A DNA stretch of 64,000 nt from Eutreptiella sp. 'Long Island Sound 2002' (GCA_964036045.1 OZ038378.1:32674001-32738000); one strand, 5' to 3'. Positions 37,384 through 49,966 are shown, counted from the stretch's first letter. Program-made: numbers and translations. The notes: generated by a model not told the origin, from the sequence alone.

Positions 37384-40300
37384 CCCTAGGTACACGCTAG
37401 AACACCCAATCTCGTTCTAGGCTAGAACACTCTAGCCCAGATGTTCTAGCCTATGTTAGATACATCAAAACTAGAACGATATAATAGCCTGGGTAGAACA
37501 CAAAAAACAAATTATCACAAACACACACACACACACATAGGCACGCACACATTTTGACGCAGGCACGGGCACTGTGGGGCTGCCCTCCCTTCAAGCCCTT
37601 AGTTGGGGGGGTGGGCGCTTTGCTTTTGTCAAACATTTTGCAGGGGGGTCTGGAGAACTACCTTGGGGGGGGGGGGGTTGGACTCAGGGGTCTGGGAGGG
37701 TGTTCTTTTCTTTGTTTCACAGGTGCATTTTCATTCGATTTTCTGCTATTGGACTGACGAAATGCACTTTTGTAGTTGCACGTATGCCATGCAATGCTGT
37801 GCAGTGTTGTGGTGTGTTGTGGTCTCGTAAGGTGTAAAGTGGTGTGGTGTGCTATGTTGTAGTCTGTTGTGGTGTGTGATCTGCTATGGTGTGTTGTGCT
37901 GTGTAGCGACGTGGTGTGTTGTGTTGTGGTCTGATGAGGTGCGCTATGGTGAATTGCGATGTCATGTGGTGTGCTCTGGTGTCATGTGATGTGGCCTCGT
38001 GTCATGTGGTGTGGTGTGGTGTGGTGTGGTGTGCTGCGCAGCGGTGTGCTGTAGTGTGTGATTGGCTGTGGTGTGTTGTACTGTGTGGGGGGGTAGTGTG
38101 TTGTGGTCACATGACGTGCCTTGTGGTGTGCTGTGTTTTCATGTGGTGTGGTTGGTGGGGTTGGTTGAAAGGTGTGTTGGTTGCTCGGCAGGTTGGGTTG
38201 TTTGGCAGCTTCGGTTATTTCTGTGGAGTTTAGCCTCTGGCGGCATGCTGTGTGGTGTCTGCACCCTGTGGTGTGTGGTGTTGTATGCTGTTGTGTGCTC
38301 TGTAATGTCATGTCTCTGAGTACACATGTATTTGCTGCCATTCCAAGGGGAGGGGGGGGGGCTGGTAAGCGTTTAATATTTTTGTTCTAGCGGTGATCTA
38401 GCGATGCTCTAGCGGCCCGCTAGACCGCCGCTAGATCACGGCTAGAATGGTTCCCGCGAACGGCGCTAGAACAAAAACATTAACTGCTTGCCAGCCCCCC
38501 CCCCCTTCCCTTGGAATGGCAGCAAATACATGTGTACCCACAGACATGACATCACAGAGCACACAACCGCATACAACACCACACACCACAGGGCGGAGAC
38601 ACCACACAGCATGCCACAACCGGCTAAAAACCCAACAAATAACCGAAGCTGCCAAACAACCCAACCTACCAAGCAACCAACACACCATTCAACCAACCCC
38701 AGCAACCACACCACATGAAAACACAGCACACCACAGGGCACATCATGTGACCACAACACACTACCCCCCCGCATAGTACAACACACCATAGCACATCACA
38801 CACCACAAGAGACTACAACACACCACACCACACCGCTTTACACCTTACAAGACCACAGTATTGTCATATGGTGTGGTCGGGTGTCATGTGGTGTGGTCGA
38901 GTGTCATGTGGTGTGGTGTGGTGTGGTGTGGTATCGTGCAATAGGGTTGCCTCTGTGGTTGGTTGAAGGGTGTGTTGGTTGCTTGGCACGTTGGGTTGTT
39001 TGGCAGCTTGGGTTGTTTGTTGGGTGTTTGGCTGGTTGGGGCACGTTGTGTGGTGTGTGCACCCTGTGGTGTTAGGTGCCGTATGCTGTTGTGTGCTTTG
39101 TGATGTCGTGTCTATCGGTACAATGTAACTATTGCCATCCTAAGGGAGGGGGGGGGGGGCTGATAAGGAGTTACTATTGTTGTTCTAGCGGCGTTCGGCG
39201 GGACTGTTCTAGAGGTGATCTAGCGGGGTTCTGGCGGCCGCTAGAACGCCGCTAGATCACCGCTAGAACGCCTCGGTAGAACGCCGCTAGAACAAAAATA
39301 GTAACAGCTTATCAGCCCCCCCAGCCTCCCTTGGAATGGCAGTAGTAACATGGTACCAACAAACAAGACATCACAGAGCACACAACAGCATACGGCACCT
39401 AACACCACAGGGTGCAGACACCACACATCGTGCCCCAAACAGCCAAACAACCAACAAACAACCCAAGCTGCCAAACAACCCAACCTGCCCGGCAACCAAC
39501 ACACCCCTCAACCAACCACACAGGCAACCGTATCGCACGATATCCCACCAAACGACACAACACCACATGACACCAGACCACACCACATGACAGCCGACCA
39601 CACCACATGACAACACAGCACACCACAGGGCACGTCATGTGACCACAACACACTACCCCCCCCCCCCCGCACAGTACAGCACACCACAGCAGATCACACA
39701 CTACAGCAGACCGCAGCACACCACAGCACACCACACTACATGACACCACGTTACACGACCACAATACACCACAACACTGCACAGCATTGCATGGCATACC
39801 TGCAACTTCAAAAAGGCATTACGTCAGTCCAATAGCAGAAAAATCGAATAAAAATGCACCTGTGAAATAAAGAAAAGAACACCCTCCCTGACCCCTAAGT
39901 TCAACCCCCCCCCCAAGGTAGTTCTCAAGCCCCCCCCCCCAAAAAATATTTGACAAAAGCAAAGCGCCCACCCCCCCAATCAAGGGCTTGAAGGGAGGGC
40001 AGCCCCACAGTGCTTGTGCCTATGTCATAATGTGTGCGTGCATGTGTGTGTGTGTGTGTGTGTGTGTGCGCACATATGACTAGACATGTACCAAATGTCA
40101 TGGTCTCTATGTGTCTATGTGTCATGGAACCCCCCCCTTCCCACATTGGTGAATTTTTAATGCCAAATGTGTGTGTATGTTTTTGTTCTAGCGGCGTTCC
40201 AGCGAACCGTTCTAGCGACGTTCTAGCGCCGTTTTAGCGGGACGGCGCTAGAGCGCCGCTAGAAGGTTCCTAGAGCGGTTTTTTGTATTTGTTGAATTTC

Positions 40301-40492
40301 ATGTCAAAAATATGTTTTCCTGAAAATCAACGTATGGACCCCCAAGTATGGTAATGGGGGTCCGATTTGCACCCTTCATACGCCCGCCCCCCTATGCCCA
40401 TGGGTCGGTGTACCCCCCTCTTTTTTCCGCTCTACCCGCTCTAGCGCGTTCTAGGCTAGAACGAGATCGGGTGTTCTGGCGTGTACCAAGGG
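37384..40492. mobile_element. 3.1-kb non-autonomous CMC/EnSpm-like DNA transposon (element A) with internal foldback structure
   Basis: ~45-bp TIRs (CCCTAGGTACACGCTAGAACACCCAATCTCGTTCTAG; right-end reverse complement CCCTTGGTACACGCCAGAACACCCGATCTCGTTCTAG). TSD GT at 37382-83 and 40493-94. Subterminal GTTCTAGCG repeats; no transposase ORF. Confidence 0.9.
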
Positions 40493-41509
40493 GTTGGCCA
40501 ACTACCCCAACCAACCGCCGGGCAATATCATAAGACAATCGCTTCTTGAACGTGTTTGTCACACGGCAAGCACCATGGACCACGTCCCCTGCCCGACGGT
40601 CCGCCTTGATACTCCGCAAGAAGGAGCCCCGTCGAACATGTTCAAGGACATGGTTCAATGCACCTAAAAGAGAAACATCGTCACAACACCAACATTTCCA
40701 CATCCGTTCGTTACGGCCATCAACTTGCCATCCGCACAGAGCAACACCACGAAACACCAAGACTCGCCATCACTGAAAACCGTGGTGTCCCTCTGCAACA
40801 CAACCACTTGTTCATTGAGTTGGCCTATGTCGTCCACAACTAGGAGACACCCAGCATCATCTAGCCGGTCCATGCACCACCACATTGCCCAACCGGCAAT
40901 GTGTTCAACAGCTTTCACGCCCTCCCGCCAAACATGGACAAACACATCCGCTTTTGACACACTAGTTTTCCACAACGGAGTTGCATAGGGCACCACAACC
41001 ACCCACATGCATTTTTCAGTCCCATTATGTTTATCATTCCCCTCGGCCATTGCGAGTTGAACTTGGTTTACCAGAACGTCTTCAACTGCGTCACAGGTGC
41101 ACTCCTCTGGTGCATGAACCCCCCACTAACGGTCAGTGTTCCCGCCGTGTACGGTGTCAAGCGGGTCCGCGTGTCGAGAAGGTCGCGTTGCGTGAAATTG
41201 TGCGGCAACCTCAACGTTTGCCGGATTGAGAGGTTGGCCTCCACAACGTACTTCCATGAAAGAAATGCAGCCCGAGGGGCCGAGCTATCCTCCCCCTCAA
41301 CTCCCATGCTGCTACAGATGAAAAGCCCATCCGGAGTTCCTTCAACTAGGGGCGTGCCCTCCATGAGAAGAGCCACTAGGACTGTGGCGATGTGCACCCC
41401 CCTCTCATGTCGTGCACGGTCCTTAAGTTGCAATAGGCCGCTTGGGGGGGCAGTGCTTTCCTAAATGCTGCCACAGCCTTGTCCATATGACACACTTAGA
41501 GACCAAGAA

Positions 41510-41650
41510 TAGCCGCTAGAACCATCGCCGGAACCCCTGTTGGAACCCCCTTCCAGCGCTGGAACAACCCCTTCTAGCGATGGAACCCCCCCTCCTTCTA
41601 GCGCTAGAATCCCCCCCCCCCTCCAACGGTGGAACCCCCTTCCAACCACC
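41510..41650. repeat. GCTAGAA/GGAACCCC motif cluster between dioxygenase 2 and SF2-like copy 2
   Basis: ccgctagaaccatcgccggaacccctgttggaacccccttccagcgctggaac...ttctagcgctagaat. Confidence 0.75.
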
Positions 41651-41836
41651 TTTCCAACGGTGACAAGTACTACCACCTCATGCATCATTTACAAGCAATT
41701 ACAATGGTCCGTGTCCCCTTGCACGCTTTGCACGAAGAAGTTTTTTGGGTGTCTTTTTTGGCATCAATCAGTCCGCATCTGAAATGCCCCACATGTGGCA
41801 CAATGCATAACGTACGATACATATCGACACGCTCAC

Positions 41837-42830
41837 TCAGAGGAGGCAAACATTCTTCACTTGGGCTTCTCCAAAATAGAGAGGTACTTGTTGGACCGGT
41901 CCTTCTCTTCCTCCCATTTCTCTCGCGTGTGCTTCAATTCGCCCTGTACCTCTAGCTTCTGCCTTTTGGTGCCCTCCAGTGTCTCCTAGATTTGGCACAT
42001 GGATTTGGCACAGTGGGACCTTCTGGCGCATGAAGCATATGGGCAGGGGCTGTGCGACCTTCTTGCGGCATCCCTTGCGCCCACATTTCTCCGTCGATGT
42101 TGGTATTTGCGCTTCGGCATACGCGCACGCTGGGGGGGGAATCGGCACGGTGTTGTTGTAGTGCAAATTGTAATTGGCGAGAGAGATGAAGGCAACGACT
42201 CGAGGAGTGCCTGCAGCTAGTCCAACCGGAACGGCTGCGCCACAGTGGATCAACTCCGATGTGAAGACGACCAAATCTCCAACATACATGTCAAGCGGGT
42301 ACTCGTACCAAGGCATTGGCAACCCCTCACGGGACAAGGGCAAATATGAACCACGAGAGCCATCAGCGGGAATATCCACGTGCCAGGGCACAAATACGCA
42401 GAGGGCTTTGCCTTGAGTCTTGTGTGTCAAAGGGCGATCCCGGTGCCAATGTTGCCTCCTATCTTTGGTTGCACGGATATAGCCGGCCCGGACAACCACA
42501 ACATCCTAAAAGTCCTTCACTTTTGGCAGCTCCCACTGAACCTCGTTCGCAAGGGCGTCCCAGGCCGGCAGCTCCATCCCCTCTTGATCAGGTAGTGGCA
42601 ATCCGAAGCAGCTATAGCAAGCACTTCGGCCACGGCTGTCTCCTTGATGACCTAGAGCCGGCACATCGTCGAAGAAGGACCCCCACTTGTGACCCAGACT
42701 GGTGATGCACTTGTCCTTGGTGGCGTTGTGGACCGGGGAGTCGGCAAAGATACCACGGTAGCGGCAAAGCCCAAAGTTTACAATGGTATTAAAAAATGGG
42801 TATGTGGGGGTTTTGGTCCATAACGTCCAT
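41837..42830 (-). pseudogene. 2OG-Fe(II) dioxygenase (PhyH-like) fused to a C-terminal Cys/His zinc finger; one in-frame TAG
   Basis: NFGLCRYRGIF N-motif; QHWHRD (HxD ~42445); LCVFVPW; YVGDLVVFTSELIHCG (distal His ~42247); TPRVVAF (2OG-binding Arg); then CGRKGC...ICFMR...LCQIH. Same frame continues upstream across a TAG at ~42506. Confidence 0.85.
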
Positions 42831-43119
42831 GATTAATCGCTCACCACACGGGGGGCACGATCACGCATGATGCACCTCCTCACTTGGACACGACCATAAG
42901 TGTTGGTGCGCTTGAAAAAAAACTGCAGCACCGGTGGTTTGAGCTGTGAGGGCTTCAAGTTCACAACCCAGAGGGGCTCAATATCCACGACTCCCCACAA
43001 GGGCATTGGCCTTGTCAAGCCATGATGCAAGAACGGGAAAATTCGAGGGGTTCATGATCAAGGTGACAAGGTGGCACAATACTGCGTGCAAGGTGTGCAG
43101 AGGGCAGCGAACGTGGAGG

Positions 43120-43290
43120 TAGAACAAGCCCTCGAACCCGGGCTGGAACCCTGCTAGAACCCGCTTCCAGCGCTGAAAACCCTGCTAGAACCCTCGCTAG
43201 ATCCCCCTTCAAGTGCTTGAACCCCCCCCTTCTAGCGCCGAAACCCCCTTCCAGCGAAGTGCTGAAAGGAATTCCAGCAGGGGTTCCAAG
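43120..43290. repeat. GCTAGAACCC/TTCCAGCG motif cluster upstream of dioxygenase 2
   Basis: ggctggaaccctgctagaacccgcttccagcgctgaaaaccctgctagaaccctcgctagat...ttctagcgccgaaacccccttccagcg. Confidence 0.75.
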
Positions 43291-44519
43291 ACTTTTGTAC
43301 CCATCTTAAATCAAGTAAGCGGGCAATGGTACACCTTGTTTCTTGCACCAACAAACACTAGGAACAACATACTTTTTCACTGTGGGGGCGTGACGTGGTA
43401 GCCATCACGAACCGAGTTTCCAAGAAAGGGGGGGGGGGGGGTTGCAGCGGAGCGCTTCCAGGGGCACACCCCGCACTAGAGCCGTTGTCGGAAAGTTTGG
43501 GTCCGAACCGCTATGGCTCATACCACAAAAGGATTGTTGCGGCTCAAGGGCACACACATATCTGAAGTGGGGTTTGTGTCACAGGTGCTAGCACCATGAC
43601 AACCAACAAACTGATCTGTCTCCAGAGTCAGTTTTGGAGATTTCGAGCCGCGATGCAAAAAATGCACAGTTAAAGCTTAACAATAAACGAAAAAATTGAA
43701 AAAGGTCGCCAAAAAATTTACCTTTTCCCCGCACCATGCCGTAAACCTATTTTGTTGCAAATTTTGTTGGTGAAAGACGTCGTGGTGTGCGAGGAGGATG
43801 TCCGTCCCATGCGTGTCGCGAGGAGCAACAAGGATGGGGAGAAGAGGGTGGGATCATGGGGCCTATGCAAGCTCATCGCTTGAGACTACCTGCTTGGGTT
43901 GGTCGTCCTTTGCGCCCTGAGGGAGTGGGAGCAGGGCCGCATGTGCTCCGAGTTGTGGGGCCCATCAAGGCAATGTATTCGCACCCAATGGGGACACATT
44001 GCGGAGGTGGGGTGGTTTGGGTGTGAGGATGGAAGGATTAGGAGGGAGATGGGAGCTGGGGAGGCAAAAGTGGTGAAGAACAAAAGAGAGGCGGGATGCA
44101 CCACCACCACCCCCAACCCCCCCCCCTCCGAGCCCAAGAACCCCCCCCCCCCCCCAAAAAAAAAGGCCACCTGGAAGAGGAGGAGGTGGGAGTTGGGGTC
44201 GGACAACAACTGCGACCACCCCGCTTCCTCCTTCTCGTCCTCCTCCGGCAAGGACTCCCCCCCACACAAAAAGGCAGAGTGCGGTCTGGATCACAAGCGC
44301 ACGTGTGGCTCAAGGGCACACAAAAATGACAAATGCCGTTAGGGACACAAGCGCGGAGACACCGACCACAAACCAAGTGTTGTACGTCAAGGTGAAAAAA
44401 GAGGAGGGGGCCTTCCGAGTTGGTTGCACTAGGGAGCCAATAGCAAAGCAACTCTTGTGCCTCACAGGCACAACAATCGTGAGGCACATTTGTCCCGCGA
44501 CATTGGAGAGGTAAGCACT

Positions 44520-47500
44520 GCAGTGATGTCCCACATGTTATACACCATGGTACATATCACCGAGCGTGTGTACAATTGAATTCAAGGGCTGCGGTGATAC
44601 CCCACACCTCGTACACCATGATACATATCACGGCCTGTCATGTAGACATAGTTCCAGGGGCTGCAGTGATATCCCGGATGTTGTAAAGTATGATACATAT
44701 CACCGCTAGTCATGTAGACATGGTTTCAGGGGTTGCGGTGATCTTATAGACCTCTGCATTGTGTTACATATAACAGCTGGCTGTTGGGACATGGTTTGAG
44801 AGGCTGTGATGATCTCCAAAACCTACTGAACATCGTATCATATCACTGCTAGTCAGGTAAACATGGTTTCACGGCCTAGAGTCTCTCCCACAAATTGCAA
44901 AGCATGTTACACATTGGAGATCGCCCTGGAGACATGGTTTGAGAGGCCGGGGTGATATCCCACACCTCCCGCACAATGTTGCATATTATTGGTGGCAATG
45001 TACACTTGATTTCGGGGTGTATGGGATATCCCGCACCTCCTAAATTGTGTCACCATCAGTGCTAGTCTTCGAGACATGGTTTGAGTGGCCCCGGTGATAC
45101 CCCACACCTTGTACACCATGTTACATATCACCGCTAGCCACGTAGACATGGTTTTGGGGCCTACGGTGATCTCCCCCACCTTTTGTACCATGTTACATAT
45201 TAGCGCTAGTCATGGAGACATTGTTGGAGACGTTGCGGTGACCTCCCACATCTTGCACACCATGTTACATATCACCCCTAGTCATGAAAACATGGCTTGC
45301 GGGGTTGTGGTGATCTCCTACACCTCCTACACCATGTTACATTTTCGCGCTAGTCTTCGAGACGTCATTTCAGAGGCTATGATGATATCCCACCCCTTGT
45401 ACAGCATGTTACATATCAACGCTGGCCGGGTAGACATTAGTTTACGGGCTGCCAGTGTCTCCCACACCTTGTACACCATCTGACATATGACCGCTAGCCC
45501 TGGAGACATAGTTTGAGAGGCTGCGGTGATATCCCCCACCTCTTGGACCATGTTGCATATCACCAAAGGTGATTTCAACACGGTTTTAGGAGCCACCGTG
45601 ATCCCATATACCTTGTATGCCATCTTACATATCATTGCCGGCCTTGGAGATTGGGTTTGAGACAGTGCGGTGATATCCCACATGTTGTACACCATGTTAC
45701 ATGTCACCGTTGAAGATGAAGACTTGGTTTGAGAGGCTCCGGTGATATGCCACACGTTGTACACCACGCTACAAATAACCGCTAGCCATGTACACGTGGT
45801 GTCAAGGGTTGCGGTGACCTGGCACACCTTGTACACGATGTTGCATATCACCACTAGCCATGTAGATATGGCATGCGATGATCTCCTACACCTTGTACGC
45901 CATGTTGCATACAACTGTTCCCCATGTAAAGTTGATTTGAGGTCCTGCCATAAGCTTCCAAACCTCCTACACCAAGTCAATATCACCGTTTGCCATGTAG
46001 ACATGATTTTAGGGGTTTGTGGATCTCCAAGACTCTGCACACCGTGTTACATGTCGCCGATGGCAATGTAGACATGGCTTCCTGTGGTGCAGTGGTACTC
46101 CACACCTCGTAAAGGCCGTTACATACCACCGCCAGTCATATAGACTGAATTTTAGGGGCCGCGGTGGTATCCCACACCTCCTGCACCATGTTGCATATCC
46201 CTGTTGCTCATGTACATTGGAAGTCACGGGACGTAGTGATATCCCACACATCCTACACCATTTTGTGTGTCCCCGCTGGTCATGTAGAGTTGATTTCAGG
46301 GGCTACGCCGATCTGCCAAACGTACTACACCATATTACATATTGCTGCGGTCCATGTGCACGTGGTATTATGGCCTACGGTGATGTCCCACAGCTTGTAC
46401 ACCATGTTGCAAATTACCTTTGGCCATGTAAACATGGTTTCACGCAATGCAATGGTATTCCACACCTCCTACACCTTGGTACATATCACCATCGGTCATG
46501 TAGACTGGATTTCACGGGCCGCGGTGACCTCCCATACCATATACCCCATGTCGCATATTACCGCTTGCCATGAAGGAACAAGTTCAGTGGCTGCGGTGAC
46601 ATACCACACCTCCCGCACCAAGTTGCATATTGCTATTAGTCGTGTGCATCTGAATTTACGGGATGTGGTGATACCACACCTCTGGCACCATGTTACGTAT
46701 CCTCTGTGGTCATGTACACTTGGGTTCCGGGGCCGCATTGACCTCCCATACCTTGTGCCCCATGGTGCATACTACGGTGGGCCATGTAGGCATGGTTTCA
46801 GTGGCTGCGGTGATATCCCACACCTCCTTCACCATGTTGCATATTGCTGTTGGTCATGTACACTTGATTTCACTACATGCAGCGATCGTCCACACCTCCT
46901 ACAGCATGCTAGATATCGCCGTTATCCATTTACACATGCTATCAGGGGCTGCGGTGATGTCCCACACCTTGTACCCCATGTTGCATATCCCCGCTGGCCA
47001 TGCAGACATGCTTTCGGGGGCCGCGGCGATCTCCTACAGCTTGCATACAATGTTACATGTCACTGCCGGTCATGTACAGATGGATGGAGCGGCTGCGGTG
47101 ATGCAGCAAACCTCTTGCAGTGTGTCACATCTCACCGCTAGGTGTGGGGACATTGTTGAAGAGGGTACGTGGATATCCCACCCCTGGTATACAACGTTAC
47201 ATATCACCGGTGGTCATATAGACTGGATTTCACGGACTCCGATGATATCGCAAACGTCTTGCAGCATGTTGCATACCACCATGCACTCCTCATGTAGACT
47301 TGGTCGCAGCAGCTGTGGTGATCTCCCATACCTCTGACACCATGCTACATATCCTCCCTGGTCATGTAGACTTGATTTTTGGGGCTGCGGTGACCTCCCA
47401 CACCTTGTACGCCATGTTGCATATCATTCGTAGCCATGTAGGCATGGTTTCGGGGGCTGCGGTGATACCCGACACCTCGGGCACCATGTTGCATATCATT

Positions 47501-48550
47501 GTTGGTCATTTACTTTTGATGCGGTGATATCCTACTTCTCCTACAAAGTGTCACATATGCCCCCTGGTCAAGCAGACTTTTTTTGAGGGGGCACGTTATT
47601 TTCCCATAGCCCTTACACTATATTACATATCAACGCTTTCCATGCACACATGGTATGAGGGGTTGCAGTGATATCGCACACCTTGTACAGGATGTTGTTC
47701 ACCATCATTGGTAATGTAAGCATGGTTTCCGGGGCTGCAATAATATCCCACGGGGTGTATACAATGTTACATTTCACGGCTGCTCATGTACACATGGTTT
47801 GAGCGGCCGCGGTGATGTCCTACACACCCTACACTATGTCACATATCACCGCTAGGCCTGGAGACATGGCTGAAGATGCTGCGGTGATATACCACACGAC
47901 GTGCACCATGTTACATATCACCGCTGGTGCTTGCCGATAGTTAGACAGGTGGCGGTGATATGCTACACCTCCTACACCATATCACACATCACTGCTAATC
48001 ATGTAGACATGCTTTGAGGGACTAGGATGATATCCCACACCTCCTGCGGCATCTTGCATGTCACCACCGTTTGTCATGTGCACTTTGTTGTAGGGGCTGC
48101 AGTGATTCCCCACACCTTGTACACCATGTTTCATAACACCGCTGCAATCAAAGACACGGTTTGAGAGGCGGCAGTGATATCCCACACCTTGTGCACCATG
48201 GTACATACCACCGCTAGCAATGTGCACTTCCTTGCGGGGTGCAAAGTCATCTCACATGTCCTACACGGTGTGATGCATATCACTGCTGGGCCTGGGGACA
48301 CGGTTTAAGAGGATGAGGTGCTGCACCACACGTGATACGATATGTTACATATCACCGCCGTCCACGGAAAGATGGCTTCCCGGTCTGCGGTGATGTCCCG
48401 CACCTTTTACACCATTTTACATAGCAACCATACTATCGTTGACATGGTATCAAGGGCTGTGGTGATGTCCCAAACATTCTACACCATGTTACATATCCCC
48501 ACTGGTCATGTAGACATTGCCTCCGGGGCTGCAGTGATATCCCACATCTG
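44520..48550 (+). repeat. 72-bp satellite, left array (~56 units)
   Basis: GC[G/A]GTGAT at 44591, 44663 and 44735. Unit GGGCTGCGGTGATATCCCACACCTTGTACACCATGTTACATATCACCGCTAGTCATGTAGACATGGTTTCAG contains inverted GCGGTGATAT/ATATCACCGC. Confidence 0.95.
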
Positions 48551-49966
48551 TTGGTGATTGCACCTACCCATGAACAAGTGGATGACTTGTTGCAACTGGT
48601 GCTTGAAGAGTGTATGATCAACCAGGTGTTGCATGAGGAGGTGCTTGTACAACATTTGGCACGCCAATTGCGCCTACGTGACCAACGGGCTATTGCCCCA
48701 CTAACACCGAGGTCATTCGACCATGACAAGGTGCATGAGACCTTGGGGAACAGTCGTGATTGTAAGCGTACCGTGGCTTGGGCTCTCAATAGCTCCCGTA
48801 TGTTGTCTGCGAAAGCTGATGACTGCTAGCCATTAGTGCTTCTTAGGGCCTCCACGCAAAAGGCACAAACGGAATTTTCATTCGGCTTTTTAGATGAGGC
48901 GTCGAGGTGCAGCATTGCTGTGGGATGGGACTTGGCTGCCACGGGGAGCCAATGCCTCTTGTGTGGTGATCGCGGTCAAATGCAACTACGTAGCCACATA
49001 CATCTTTTGCCTGTTGGGAAGGTTACCGAGGATCTACTGCCAAAGGATCGTGCATGGTCATTAGCTGCATACTTCAACTGAATATTTCAAAACTCCCGCC
49101 AAATCGCATTTATTGATTCCCAACACCTCTACACAACTAACACACTGCATTGATTCCTCTACAACACCCGATGCTGTGCTACTGTCGTGGCACAGCAATA
49201 CCGCATGAAATTGCCGCGAGCTACAATTGTGCATGCCTTGTTCATAGGAAGGGGGAGGGGGCATTACATCATTACCACTCAACCACCCACCCCCTCGCTA
49301 AGCCGGTGCTGGATAATCTCATCCGCATCGCAGATCCAGACATGCCCCAATGGCAACTGCAACTTGTGGAGGCTTTGGGGAAAGCATCCCTTGTTGACCT
49401 TCGCCAACTGCTAATAGAGGCATGGGACAGCCTCCAGGTTGATGAGGTACTATCCTCAAGTCACAACACGACTCACTAGGATGTGTTGCCTGTGCGCCAT
49501 TATCTAGAGGTGGCAACCTCAAAAGGGACATATGCAAAGAGGTCTGCAGTTGTGGTGACCACACATTATGGCCAGAAGGTCTCGCTCCGGCATTGTTTGT
49601 GCTTGTAGGCAACTAGGTGCAATGTATTGGTTATCCTATCTTGCACGTAGTTGCTACCCTTGAGCTGGTCCAAGGGCTACAACCCCAAATCATCTGGGTG
49701 TCATTGGTGTTTCAGGTTCCGAGGATGATGACTCATTTCTACGGGGAGAACACACCTAGTAGCAAGCAGCATTTGAGCTCCACTTGTTGGGCCGCTTCAA
49801 CCAATGGCGTGCCCACCCCACCTCTAAGGAATGGGTCAACACACTCACTGCTATCCAGTGGGAAGCTGGCCAACCCACAATCATGCAAACACTCGAGTTG
49901 GCTTGGGTCTTGCGGCAAGCTAGAATCATCCCTTATGTGGTAGAAGGGACAATCTACCGGTTCTAG
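48551..49966 (+). pseudogene. UPF1/DNA2-like SF1B helicase, 5'-truncated and fragmented
   Basis: Ordered motifs: VIAPTHEQVDDLL (Ia), FGFLDEASRC (II), LLCGDRGQM (III), QQYRM (IV, ~49196), AVVVTTHYGQ, VATLELVQG..IIWVSLV (V), FL...LHLLGRF (VI region). Walker A not found. Confidence 0.85.

Larger units (their letters stand above)
35000..41300 (-). pseudogene. Degenerate SF2-helicase-like / Cys-rich hypothetical gene, copy 2 (interrupted by element 37384-40492)
   Basis: VHGGNT (Walker A-like, degenerate), MWVVVVPYATPLW (motif Ia-like), LLVVDDIGQL (Walker B-like), VVLLCAD (motif III-like). Reading frame is continuous across the excised element; 3' part 36484-35648 has in-frame stops. Confidence 0.55.

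Noticed and set aside
37916-39797. Cys/Val/Trp-rich and His/Thr-rich ORFs
   Set aside because: Low-complexity GTG/CAC modules inside element A; mirrored on both strands.
44907-48557. His/Tyr/Thr-rich ORFs (MLHIT... repeats)
   Set aside because: Translations of the 72-bp satellite.
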